Shown here: positions 19,652-28,808 of the stretch, piece after piece
How positions within the stretch are numbered: the stretch's first letter is position 1
Layout: every line of letters starts with the position of its first letter
From: an uncultured Dehalococcoidia bacterium
GTDB lineage: Bacteria; Chloroflexota; Dehalococcoidia; Lucifugimonadales; UBA2985
Reading direction: 5' to 3'
DNA length: 39,719 bases
Assembly (NCBI GenBank): GCA_964443385.1
Contig: CAYUCO010000031.1
Coordinates: forward strand, 1 to 39,719
Translations under genes and position numbers: made by a program
Notes under the pieces: model-generated
Seen by the model: the letters and a program-made list of their open reading frames with translations, nothing else
Told to the model about the DNA's origin: nothing
The model's database searches: none

Positions 19652-20848
19652 TTATCCTCCTAAACTTTTGACCATTGATTCCACATTATAGGCAAAACCC
19701 ATGGCCGATACATCTTCTTCGGCACCCAATGCTTTAATTAATCCATCATATCTACCGCCGCCGCACAAGATCAAATCTGCATTTACATCCAATATCTCAA
19801 AAACCATACCAGTATAATAGGCTATACCTCTGACTAAACCCAAGTCCAAAATCAATGAATCTACTATCATAGTGTCCCCAGAAGAGCAAATAGTGTCCAA
19901 TATTTTTTCAACAGGCCGCAAGAGATTTTTGTCCAGATCATACTCGTCAATCAATAATTGTATTTTGGGTAATGTTTCTTCGATCGGACCATGGATTTTT
20001 GACAAGTTTGAGATAAATTCCAATGCCTGTTCAATGGCGTTATGTGAGTCACCCCTTCTCAATTTGTATATGTACCTCTTTAAAATGTCCTCAGCAGATC
20101 TAGTTCCAAACACATTACTCAGTGAGTCTTTAAAGAGATCCTTAATTACAGCCAAAGCATTCTCGTCATAAATATCTTTTGCCAGTAATTGGTTCTCACC
20201 TGAGCTTGCTAGAGGATTAATAAGACCCAAAGAGATTGCTTCGTTTTTTAGTGAACTGACATTGGTAATGTCATTCTTTAATTTCAGTAACCCAGATATC
20301 ATAAAGGTCTGAGCTCTTTGAGAAAGACCCATTCCACTAAAGATGGAATGCAAAACGCCGACATCACCTAGCACTATACGCATATTACGAGAGTATAATC
20401 CTACGTTTGACAAACAACTCGATGCTAGTAAAACAGATTCCGCGTCTAGGATCGGATCACTTCCACCTAGGATCTCGGCTCCTATCTGATTAAATTGACC
20501 ATATATTTTCTTCTCATCATATCGGAACACTGGACCACTGTACTGAATTTTTACCGGTAAATTAAGATCGGATAAATGTTCTATATAATAGCGAATCACA
20601 GATGCTGTAAATTCTGGTCTGAGACTTACTTTATTGCCGCCAGGGTCGTCGAATGTATACATTCGACCTGCTAATTCACCACCAGATTTCCTCAAGAAGA
20701 GTTCAGCGGGTTGAACTATCGGAGTATCTATACTCAAATATCCCTGATCAGTTAACTGGGCCACGATTGAATCTTGTAATTCAACCCTAACCCGTAGCTG
20801 CTCAGGTGATTCATCTTTCATTCCTGGTAACTGTGGTATGGTAGACAT
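19652..20848 (-). CDS. hisZ: ATP phosphoribosyltransferase regulatory subunit
   Basis: HisRS-like catalytic core (LRPEFTASV, GPVFRY, QIGAE, RGIAYYTG, GGGRYDGL) with no anticodon-binding domain; directly upstream of hisG. Confidence 0.88.
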   Translation of the reverse strand: MSTIPQLPGMKDESPEQLRVRVELQDSIVAQLTDQGYLSIDTPIVQPAELFLRKSGGELAGRMYTFDDPGGNKVSLRPEFTASVIRYYIEHLSDLNLPVKIQYSGPVFRYDEKKIYGQFNQIGAEILGGSDPILDAESVLLASSCLSNVGLYSRNMRIVLGDVGVLHSIFSGMGLSQRAQTFMISGLLKLKNDITNVSSLKNEAISLGLINPLASSGENQLLAKDIYDENALAVIKDLFKDSLSNVFGTRSAEDILKRYIYKLRRGDSHNAIEQALEFISNLSKIHGPIEETLPKIQLLIDEYDLDKNLLRPVEKILDTICSSGDTMIVDSLILDLGLVRGIAYYTGMVFEILDVNADLILCGGGRYDGLIKALGAEEDVSAMGFAYNVESMVKSLGG

Positions 20849-20879
20849 TTTATAATCAAGCTTTCATTCTAATTCGGGT

Positions 20880-20908
20880 ATTCTACAATAACGAGTATAG
20901 TAATTCAA
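20880..20908 (-). promoter_or_regulatory. Sigma70-type promoter of the his operon
   Basis: TTGAAT-17 nt-TAGAAT on the minus strand, about 30 nt upstream of the hisZ ATG. Confidence 0.55.
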
Positions 20909-20951
20909 AACTCAAATAACTCGTATCCTTCAATGACCTGATTTATCTCTA

Positions 20952-20983
20952 ACTCTTTTTATCAAATCTGGATAAAAAGGAGT
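20952..20983 (-). terminator. Inverted repeat downstream of yggT, possible terminator
   Basis: ACTCTTTTTATC-7 nt-GATAAAAA(G)GAGT; no clear U-tract follows. Confidence 0.3.
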
Positions 20984-21030
20984 CTAATATATACCAGATC
21001 ACCAACAAGCGCAATATAGTAGATTAATTA

Positions 21031-21297
21031 TCAACCACTGAGTATTCTGCCAACGGTGCTAAGAACTATTATAGCGACCATAGGACTTAGATCTATCATA
21101 CCTATTCTGGCATATTTCCTAATAGGATACAAAATTGGCTCAGTTACCACTAACAGTGATTGATGTATTGTAACTATAACATTCTCATATTTAACTATCC
21201 CAGCCACCAATAGCCAATCTACTATTACTCTAGCGAATATTGCGAGCGTCAAGAAGAATATCAATGAATCTAACAGGGCTATGAATATTTCAATCAC
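21031..21297 (-). CDS. yggT: YggT family membrane protein
   Basis: VTEPILYPIRK and IDLSPMVA motifs; downstream of proC. Confidence 0.9.
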   Translation of the reverse strand: MIEIFIALLDSLIFFLTLAIFARVIVDWLLVAGIVKYENVIVTIHQSLLVVTEPILYPIRKYARIGMIDLSPMVAIIVLSTVGRILSG

Positions 21298-21321
21298 AAT
21301 TTTTAGAACCTTTATAAAACG

Positions 21322-22155
21322 TCATTGCTTTCCCAACAGCACGGCTTTGTTATATGCAGCTATAACAGCATTAAGTATAGCACTTCTGAAACCCTCTTCT
21401 TCCAATACCAAAACAGCCTCGGCAGTAGTACCTCCAGGCGAAGTTACCATAGCCCTCAAATCAGAGGGTTGTTTGTTGGTTTGGTCCACAAGTTCTATGC
21501 TACCTAGCACAGTCTGGATAGCCAATTTACTAGATATATCTCTAGATAGGCCGATATAGACTCCTGCATCTATCATCGCTTCCAAGAACATAAACACATA
21601 TGCTGGTCCGCTACCGCTCAAAGCAGTTGCCATATCTATGTATTTTTCATCGTCTACCAAAATTTCCAACCCCAAAGCTTGCAACATTTCACGGGCAAAA
21701 TCTATATATACGTCTGATACTGATTCAGTAACAGCCCAAACTGACATACCTTTACCAATTTGCGCCGGAGTGTTAGGCATAACCCGTATAACAGCGTCAT
21801 GTTCTAACGACTGTGTCAATGTATCTATACTAACACCAGCCACTATCGAGAGTATTACATGCTCCTTTGAAACAATACTGTTTAACTCTCTGGTCACTTG
21901 GTGTAACTGTTGCGGCTTCACAGCTAATACAATAACATTCAGCATTTTGGATTCATTTATGTCAAGTAATAATTTCTTGGTATCAGAGTATGAAGATATG
22001 TTATACACCGCAGACAGGTGTTCCCTGCGGCTTTCCACTGGTTCACTTACTAGTAGATTGTTGGGGTCGATTAATCCATTTGAAATTATACTTGATATTA
22101 TAGCTTCCGCCATATTACCGCCTCCTATAAAGGAGACTTTTACATTATCTTGCAT
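21322..22155 (-). CDS. proC: Pyrroline-5-carboxylate reductase
   Basis: FIGGGNMA, AVKPQ, RVMPNTP, TALSGSGPAY, VTSPGGTT. Confidence 0.97.
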   Translation of the reverse strand: MQDNVKVSFIGGGNMAEAIISSIISNGLIDPNNLLVSEPVESRREHLSAVYNISSYSDTKKLLLDINESKMLNVIVLAVKPQQLHQVTRELNSIVSKEHVILSIVAGVSIDTLTQSLEHDAVIRVMPNTPAQIGKGMSVWAVTESVSDVYIDFAREMLQALGLEILVDDEKYIDMATALSGSGPAYVFMFLEAMIDAGVYIGLSRDISSKLAIQTVLGSIELVDQTNKQPSDLRAMVTSPGGTTAEAVLVLEEEGFRSAILNAVIAAYNKAVLLGKQ

Positions 22156-22190
22156 ATTCTGATCCTTTTCCTACAATGCTTCACGCAATA

Positions 22191-23195
22191 TCACTCAGCG
22201 GGAAGATTACCAGTATTCGCAATTAAAGCAGTAGCCTCTAGGGTTTTGATCATACCAGTAGCATCTGCAATACCTTTTCCAGCAATATCAAATGCAGTGC
22301 CATGATCCACGGATGTTCTAGTAAATGGAAAACCCAGATTTATACTGATGCTACCTTCAAAATCTTTAACTTTTATAGGTATGTGACCTTGATCATGATA
22401 CAGTACAACCACCACGTCATAATTGTCATTTATGGCCTGCGGAAATACTGAGTCCGCTGGTATAGGCCCGGTCACATTTATGCCCAGTGCTAATGCATCA
22501 TTAACGGCTGGTACAATTTCCTCTATTTCTTCCCTACCTATTAAACCACCATCACCACCATGTGGATTGAGTGCAGCCACTGCAATACGGGGATCTGAAA
22601 AACCCCATTCCTTGAAACTATTATATGTGAGAACTATTTTGGCTAAAACATTTTCCCTTTTTACAAATTCAACTGCTTTTGCAAGGGATCTGTGAGTTGT
22701 AAGATGTACAACTCTTAAGTTACCAGCTGTCAACATTGTTGCAACTTCTTTAGCCCCACTAAGTTTTTGCAGCAGCTCCATATGACCTATGTCGTTGTAT
22801 CCTGCCAATTGTGCAGCTTCTTTATGTATTGGAGCGGTAGCGATAGCATCTATTTCTCTATCTAGAGCCATTCGCCCTGCCTCCAAAATCCATTCGACAC
22901 TTGCCCGACCACAATCAGCCGAAATTTTTCCATGTTCAACATTTTCTGGATTCAGGTTACCCATATCAAAAACGGATATGCGGTTACTCCTTGAGTCTTG
23001 TGCGGAAGAAACTTCCGTGAACTCTAGATCACATCCTAAATCTTTAGCTGTCTTGGATAACAAATGGAGGTTTCCAATTATTAATGGGTGGAAAGAATCA
23101 GTTAGCCAACGTTCATTTAATGCCTTTACTATAACCTCTGGCCCTATTCCTGCCGGATCTCCCATTGTTATGCCTATTACAGGTAAATTATCCAT
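22191..23195 (-). CDS. pdxA: 4-hydroxythreonine-4-phosphate dehydrogenase family (PdxA or PdxA2)
   Basis: ITMGDPAGIGPE, TAPIHKEA, LNPHGGD, YHDQGHIP, RTSVDHGTAFDIAGKG. Confidence 0.92.
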   Translation of the reverse strand: MDNLPVIGITMGDPAGIGPEVIVKALNERWLTDSFHPLIIGNLHLLSKTAKDLGCDLEFTEVSSAQDSRSNRISVFDMGNLNPENVEHGKISADCGRASVEWILEAGRMALDREIDAIATAPIHKEAAQLAGYNDIGHMELLQKLSGAKEVATMLTAGNLRVVHLTTHRSLAKAVEFVKRENVLAKIVLTYNSFKEWGFSDPRIAVAALNPHGGDGGLIGREEIEEIVPAVNDALALGINVTGPIPADSVFPQAINDNYDVVVVLYHDQGHIPIKVKDFEGSISINLGFPFTRTSVDHGTAFDIAGKGIADATGMIKTLEATALIANTGNLPAE

Positions 23196-23244
23196 TTAAC
23201 GACTCCATCTAGCCATTATAATAAAAAAATGTGTTACAATGCTA

Positions 23245-23415
23245 GGCGGCCCCAAAAAAGAGGCCGCCAGATTTGCACGCTCCCTCTAGCAAGAGCGCGG
23301 ATTAGGTTTATCCATAGACGCCAGGCGTCTATCCCGTATCACACCGATCTCACACGTATCAACGAGATCGGTGTGTTCATCACAAATTGATCCCCGTATC
23401 AATAGCTCGCTGTGA
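23245..23415 (-). ncRNA. Candidate structured RNA/repeat element of five stem-loops downstream of nrdJ
   Basis: Inverted repeats at 23245-23268, 23276-23299, 23314-23332, 23340-23375 and 23380-23415; three copies of CGTATCA; the stem mismatches are G-U pairs only on the minus strand. Confidence 0.45.
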
Positions 23416-23416
23416 C

Positions 23417-25891
23417 TTATCCACAACGAGAATACCCACAAGATGGACACATTTCACAGCCTTCTTGATAAACCAAGAAACCGTCACAGTCAGGACATGC
23501 TGACTTGCCAATTACTCCATTGCCATTAGTGTCGGATTTAAGTGGTAAACCTGGTTGTAAGGCATATGTAACAAAGTTGTTATCCTCATTATTGCTACCA
23601 GTATGTTTTTCCAAAACTAATGCCACGGCGTCTGGTCCTGAACGAACCAATTTTCCGTCATCCCACTGAGGGCAACACGTTATACCTCGAAGTTGTTCAA
23701 CCAACTCACTTGGTTCTATACCAGAACGTAAAGCCAAAGAAACCAGCCGTGATATGGCTTCATGTTGAGCAGAATCACAACCTCCGGCTTTCCCTAAATT
23801 GGAAAAGATTTCAAAAGGTTGACCTTCCCTAGAGTTTATAGTGATGTACATATTGCCGTGACCAGTCCTGACTTTTTCTGTAATCCCACTCACTTGAGAA
23901 GGTCTTGGAGCTGGTTTGTTTAATTGACTATCATGAATAGCATTATGCAAGTCATTGGCATCAATGGACACAGAATCTGCAGATTCTGTTTTTGCCGAAC
24001 CAGATGTTAAAACTTCAAGATTTCTACTCCCAGATCTATAAACAGTTATACCTTTGCATCCTAATTCCCAAGCCAACATATAGGCAGTTCTTACATCTTT
24101 TCTAGTAGCTGAATTGGGGAAATTTATAGTCTTAGATATAGCAGCATCAACGCTCTCTTGGAAAACAGCTTGCATCCTAACATGATATTCGGGTGATATA
24201 TCTCCAGCTGTAACAAAAATATCTTTAACAGAGCTTGGAACATCATCCCTATCTTGTATGGATCCACCATCAGCAAGGTATTCCATCAATTCGTCACTAT
24301 AAAACCCCTGTTCTCTTGCCATACGCTCAAAATTAGAGTCTATGTAGAGTAAACTTTCCCCTTCCAATATGTTGTGCTTGTGATAGCAGAGAGAAAAAAG
24401 TGGTTCTATGCCACTTGAGCAGCCAGCTATCATGGATATAGTACCCGTTGGTGCTACTGTAAGCCTACATGCATTACGCATAGGCCGTCCTTGTTTTTCA
24501 TATATGCTACCTTCGTATCCAGGGAACACACCCCGCTCTTCAGCTAAATCCTCAGATGTCGCATCTGCATGTTCCTTTACAAACCTCATGATTTCGCGGC
24601 CTAAGTCCAATCCTTCTTGAGAGTTATAGGCCACGTCCATCATCACCAACATATCAGCGAATCCCATCACACCAAGTCCGGTTTTGCGCGTAGTTTTCGT
24701 CATTTCTTCTATAGCCGGCACTGAGTATCTGTTTGCATCTATAACGTTGTCTAAGAACCTGGTTGTGATACTGGTCACCTCTGCCAAACGATCCCAATCT
24801 ACCTTGGATTCGCCTTCATCGAATAGAACAAATTTTGCGAGGTTGATTGAACCTAAATTACAAGACTCATAGGCAAGCAGAGGCTGTTCACCACACGGGT
24901 TAGTAGCTATCATTTCCCCTATATGTGGCGTCGGATTATCCTGGTTAACACGGTCCAGGAAAATTGTTCCTGGTTCTCCATTAAGCCAAGCCCCTTCTAT
25001 AATATTATCGAATATTTTTCCTGCATTCAGAGTCCCCAAAACTTCCCCGTTATGAGGATCCTTAAGTTCGTAATCCTCACCCTTGCTTACAGCTTGCATA
25101 AATAATTCACTGGCACCCACTGATACATTAAAATTGTGTATCTGCCCTTCTTGTGTTTTGCAAGTAATAAATTCCTCTATATCAGGGTGATGAACGTCCA
25201 TAACAGCCATATTCGCACCATCCCGTTTACCACCTTGAGTAACCAAAGTAGACACTGAAGACAAGTGTTTTAACACAGCTATCGGACCACATGCTTTACC
25301 ATGTGTTGTAGCTATAGGAGAGCCTTTTGGTCTTATTTTCGACAATGCAAACCCGGTTCCTCCACCGAATTTTTGAACCAGAGCGGCCTCTTTAGCGGTT
25401 TCCATTATACCTTCCATGCTGTCTTCTAATCCCATCACAAAACAGGCGGAAAGTGTTCCTGCACCTGTGCCCGCGTTCATAAGAGTAGGGGAATTTGGTA
25501 CGTACTCCAAACTAACCATGACGCTATAATATTTATCTTCCCAATAACTCACATCTGCTTCAGGGTTGTATAGTAGTTCTGTTTCAGCAATAGCTCTGGC
25601 TACTCTTCTGGATATATCACTCCAAGAATTCTCCACTGCATTGCCTTTACTATCTTTCATAAAATATCGTTTTTTCAATACGACCATCGCATTATCCGAT
25701 ATCCCAGTATCTACTATGTTGTCACCCGTCGATTCAGCAGTAGATCTAGATGCATCGAGTGATGCCGCTATTTTTTTTGCCACATTTGGGTCAGTTATAC
25801 CTGCTGCATTCAATGCAGTTAGCACATCGTTTAAATTTTTATCGCCCCTTTGAGAATCTCTGCCGTCTGTTTTTCCCCTAGTGATTGTCAT
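23417..25891 (-). CDS. nrdJ: Class II (adenosylcobalamin-dependent) ribonucleotide reductase
   Basis: [42 protein letters not shown]; C-terminal TSCPD-like domain and CPDC...[10 protein letters not shown] tail; no ATP cone and no beta-subunit gene nearby. Confidence 0.94.
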   Translation of the reverse strand: MTITRGKTDGRDSQRGDKNLNDVLTALNAAGITDPNVAKKIAASLDASRSTAESTGDNIVDTGISDNAMVVLKKRYFMKDSKGNAVENSWSDISRRVARAIAETELLYNPEADVSYWEDKYYSVMVSLEYVPNSPTLMNAGTGAGTLSACFVMGLEDSMEGIMETAKEAALVQKFGGGTGFALSKIRPKGSPIATTHGKACGPIAVLKHLSSVSTLVTQGGKRDGANMAVMDVHHPDIEEFITCKTQEGQIHNFNVSVGASELFMQAVSKGEDYELKDPHNGEVLGTLNAGKIFDNIIEGAWLNGEPGTIFLDRVNQDNPTPHIGEMIATNPCGEQPLLAYESCNLGSINLAKFVLFDEGESKVDWDRLAEVTSITTRFLDNVIDANRYSVPAIEEMTKTTRKTGLGVMGFADMLVMMDVAYNSQEGLDLGREIMRFVKEHADATSEDLAEERGVFPGYEGSIYEKQGRPMRNACRLTVAPTGTISMIAGCSSGIEPLFSLCYHKHNILEGESLLYIDSNFERMAREQGFYSDELMEYLADGGSIQDRDDVPSSVKDIFVTAGDISPEYHVRMQAVFQESVDAAISKTINFPNSATRKDVRTAYMLAWELGCKGITVYRSGSRNLEVLTSGSAKTESADSVSIDANDLHNAIHDSQLNKPAPRPSQVSGITEKVRTGHGNMYITINSREGQPFEIFSNLGKAGGCDSAQHEAISRLVSLALRSGIEPSELVEQLRGITCCPQWDDGKLVRSGPDAVALVLEKHTGSNNEDNNFVTYALQPGLPLKSDTNGNGVIGKSACPDCDGFLVYQEGCEMCPSCGYSRCG

Positions 25892-25953
25892 TTATGCCTC
25901 CAGGTAATCAAGTTTCACCAAACGTTTGAACTGTAGATGGCGTAATCCGCCAA

Positions 25954-26535
25954 CTATTTTTTTTCATCTCCAATACTTATGTTTACACCCAAACCAGCCC
26001 TAGGTTTTCTCAACCGTTTTTTGGTTGAGAAAACAGTCTCATCTATAAGAGGCAGTTGAGACGATGATTTATCTTCATCTGAGGAATGATAGGCTTTCTC
26101 CAATGCCTCTACCGCTTCCTTGAAACTCTCTACGTCTGCAAAATCTCTGTACACACTAGCAAACCTAATATATGCAACAGGATCCATAGTTCGTAGATGT
26201 TCAATAACCATTTCACCAATAGATACACTGGCGATTTCAGCTTTACCCGTGTCCTGCAATTGAATTTCTATGTCATGAACCAGTTTATCAATGGCTCCTG
26301 TAGGCAAAGGCCGTTTCACACAAGCCTTTTGAATGCTAGACATAAGTTTTTCTCTGTTGTATTCTTCTCGCCTGTTATCGCGTTTGGCCACCATAAGCGC
26401 ACTAGTTTGCACTCTTTCGTATGTCGTGAATCTAAGACCACATCTTATACATTCTCTTCTTCGTCTAACACCATCTGTGGCATCTCTTGAGTCAATAACC
26501 TTAGACTCACTATTATTACAATAAGGACAATGCAT
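25954..26535 (-). CDS. nrdR: Transcriptional repressor NrdR
   Basis: MHCPYC..KVIDSR..RRRRECIRCGLRFTTYE, ATP cone, VAYIRFASVYRDF. Confidence 0.97.
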   Translation of the reverse strand: MHCPYCNNSESKVIDSRDATDGVRRRRECIRCGLRFTTYERVQTSALMVAKRDNRREEYNREKLMSSIQKACVKRPLPTGAIDKLVHDIEIQLQDTGKAEIASVSIGEMVIEHLRTMDPVAYIRFASVYRDFADVESFKEAVEALEKAYHSSDEDKSSSQLPLIDETVFSTKKRLRKPRAGLGVNISIGDEKK

Positions 26536-26592
26536 TGAATCACAAACCTAGAAAAATTCCAGTAAAGCCTTCCTTAAGAAAATATATTGACA

Positions 26593-26622
26593 ATACTATC
26601 ATTGCAACATAACTACAGTCAA
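26593..26622 (-). promoter_or_regulatory. Putative promoter of nrdR-nrdJ
   Basis: TTGACT-18 nt-TAGTAT with a TG extension, minus strand. Confidence 0.45.
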
Positions 26623-26630
26623 GCTTTAGA

Positions 26631-26677
26631 ATACCGCATTTTGTGTGAATTATATTACAATACACAACATGTTGATG
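26631..26677. promoter_or_regulatory. Tandem NrdR boxes
   Basis: ATACCGCATTTTGTGT (26631-26646) and ACACAACATGTTGATG (26662-26677) resemble acaCwAtATaTwGtgt and start 31 bp apart, the canonical spacing; upstream of nrdR-nrdJ. Confidence 0.75.
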
Positions 26678-26722
26678 TTAAACGCAATGTATTCTATTAA
26701 TATTAATACTGATTAAATCCAG

Positions 26723-28234
26723 TCACAGACGCGCGAAAAGCGTCCTCGCAAATAAAATAGCTTCTTCTCTGGTAGATATTTCCCCCAATTTATGACTCTC
26801 CTCCAATTGCTCCAACAAAACCCCTATAGTTTTCCCCGGTCCTATACCAAGAATTTTCATTAAACCATGTCCATCTATCAAACGATCCTGCTTAACTTGG
26901 TTGTTAATGGCAAGAATATCTAATCCTCTTTTCATAATAAAACCTATGAGATCACAATGAACGCGCCAATCAGCCATCTCAAGCATATATTCCTTGGCAG
27001 CTAAATAATCCGCCAAATTCAAAAACAAAATATCGAATGCTACATCGTTCAGGTCTCTGTAATATCGGTACATTGCTTTGTCTGTTGGATAATTACCATC
27101 AGAGCTCATTTGTGTTGGTCTTAAATGGTGTTTGACCATTGTTGCTATATGATCCTTGCCGCTGTTACTAAACCTGAGTCTGTCTAAAATGGATTCTGCA
27201 ACCTCCGATCCTTTAAGATCGTGGCCAATAAATCGTATTCTTCCTGTATCATCAACCGTTTTAGTTGCCGGTTTTGATATGTCATGAAGCAATCCCGCCA
27301 CCTTAGCCATAGTTAATCTATTATGACCGTCACTTATTACCTCCGAAAAATATTCATACATATCAAATGACTGAGGTAATAAAGAGAACATTTGACCGTC
27401 TGGACAATCAACAATTTTTTCCAATTTAGCTGGTGTTTGCAAACAATGGTTAAATACATCCCAATAATGTTCTTTAGGTTGAATTGAACCTTTAGTAGTA
27501 TTTAATTCCGGTATTATCCTGCATAGTAATCCCGTATCATCCATCAAATTTAAACTATTTGAGATATTCTTCTGCTCAAATATTTTTAGAAATTCTTCTC
27601 GCACTCGCTCCATAGATACAGAAACTATTAGATGAGAGTTTTTAGATATACTATGTTTGGTACGCTCATCCAACGAAAATCCAAGTTGAGCAACCAGACG
27701 AACTGCCCTAACCAATCGAACTGGATCTTCTGTAAATGATTGATCCGATACCACTCTAAGTATTTGGGAAGACATATCAGACAAACCACTATAAATGTCT
27801 ATCAAATCGCCGTTTGATGGATTGCTTATAGCCGACAATGGCAAAGCCATGGCATCTATAGTGAAATCTCTGTGGGAAAGATCGTCTCGTATACCATTAG
27901 ACACAAATGACAAATCTATATGTTTGGGCAAGAGCGATAATTTTGTTTCATGTATTGGCAAAACAACCCTAGAGATCTTCCTGTCATAGTCTAAAACAAT
28001 GCACTTGCCACCAATCAAATCAGTTAGTTTATTGCCAATCTCAATTGGGTCATGGTCTATAGCAATATCTATGTCAAAACTGTATCTACTCATCAAAGAA
28101 TCTCTGAGAAAACCACCCACTATATAGGCGTTCACATTCTCTGATGAAAAAAAATCTCTAATAGGTGACAGAAATTGTATTGTCTGGTTGTCAAAATTTA
28201 GTTCAGGGGGTTTTGGTATTGAAGTGCCTGACAT
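26723..28234 (-). CDS. Class II tRNA nucleotidyltransferase with HD domain (probably CC-adding)
   Basis: YIVGGFLRD, DIDIA, HRDFTIDAMA, EDPVRLVRAVR, ERVREE, LLHDISK. Probable start ATG 28234 (TGATG overlap with the def stop) rather than 28282. Confidence 0.88.
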   Translation of the reverse strand: MSGTSIPKPPELNFDNQTIQFLSPIRDFFSSENVNAYIVGGFLRDSLMSRYSFDIDIAIDHDPIEIGNKLTDLIGGKCIVLDYDRKISRVVLPIHETKLSLLPKHIDLSFVSNGIRDDLSHRDFTIDAMALPLSAISNPSNGDLIDIYSGLSDMSSQILRVVSDQSFTEDPVRLVRAVRLVAQLGFSLDERTKHSISKNSHLIVSVSMERVREEFLKIFEQKNISNSLNLMDDTGLLCRIIPELNTTKGSIQPKEHYWDVFNHCLQTPAKLEKIVDCPDGQMFSLLPQSFDMYEYFSEVISDGHNRLTMAKVAGLLHDISKPATKTVDDTGRIRFIGHDLKGSEVAESILDRLRFSNSGKDHIATMVKHHLRPTQMSSDGNYPTDKAMYRYYRDLNDVAFDILFLNLADYLAAKEYMLEMADWRVHCDLIGFIMKRGLDILAINNQVKQDRLIDGHGLMKILGIGPGKTIGVLLEQLEESHKLGEISTREEAILFARTLFARL

Positions 28235-28737
28235 CAAATCGCCTCTGTTGTAGTTTCCACTTCGTCTCTTTCTAATTTCCAAAGATGTTCATGACTTGAA
28301 AGATGGTCGATATATAAAACACCATTTATATGGTCAATCTCATGTTCTAGTGCTTGAGCTAACAGCCCTTCCGCTCTTATCCTCAATGCCTTGCCTTTTC
28401 TGTCCAAAGCCTTAACCCTAACTTTTACTGATCTAGTTAGCTCTCCTCTGTATCCAGGTATACTTAAACAACCTTCATCGACTGTTCTTTCACCCTCGAC
28501 TTTTATAATTTCAGGATTGATAAGTACCCTTACTTCCTCTTCATCTGGTATCTCTATAACCACTACTCTAAGCAACACACCAACTTGATTACCTGCCAAA
28601 CCGACACCATTAGCATATCTCATGGTGTCGATCATATCTTCTATAAGATTTTGTAATGATTCATTAAATAGAGTAACTTTTTTTGCTTTTTCTCTTAATA
28701 CAGAATCTGGTAATGTTCGAATGTTTAAAACTGACAC
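28234..28737 (-). CDS. def: Peptide deformylase
   Basis: GVGLAGNQVG, EGCLS, HEIDHING. Confidence 0.97.
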   Translation of the reverse strand: MSVLNIRTLPDSVLREKAKKVTLFNESLQNLIEDMIDTMRYANGVGLAGNQVGVLLRVVVIEIPDEEEVRVLINPEIIKVEGERTVDEGCLSIPGYRGELTRSVKVRVKALDRKGKALRIRAEGLLAQALEHEIDHINGVLYIDHLSSHEHLWKLERDEVETTTEAI

Positions 28738-28808
28738 TGTCTACCCCCCAAACCTTGTGACCTTGCTGTGACTATTATATTATTCGTCAACAATTGTGTA
28801 AATCTAAA

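Noticed and set aside
19652-20848. Histidyl-tRNA synthetase
   Set aside because: No C-terminal anticodon-binding domain, and the gene is coupled to hisG, so HisZ fits better.
20849-21030. Histidine attenuator leader peptide or T-box
   Set aside because: No run of His codons and no T-box consensus on the minus strand.
23335-23401. Short direct repeats as a mini CRISPR array
   Set aside because: Repeats are only 7 bp with 13-33 bp gaps, and no cas genes are present.
23308-23425. DnaA-box-like TTATCCACA (23417-23425) and TTATCCATA (23308-23316) near the phased repeats, suggesting an origin
   Set aside because: The perfect box is simply the Cys-Gly-stop codons of nrdJ; there are only two sites, and no dnaA/dnaN or rep gene is nearby.
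23417-25953. Intein or intron in nrdJ, or a cobalamin riboswitch upstream
   Set aside because: The catalytic motifs are contiguous with normal length, and the 62-nt nrdR-nrdJ gap is too short and lacks B12-box motifs.
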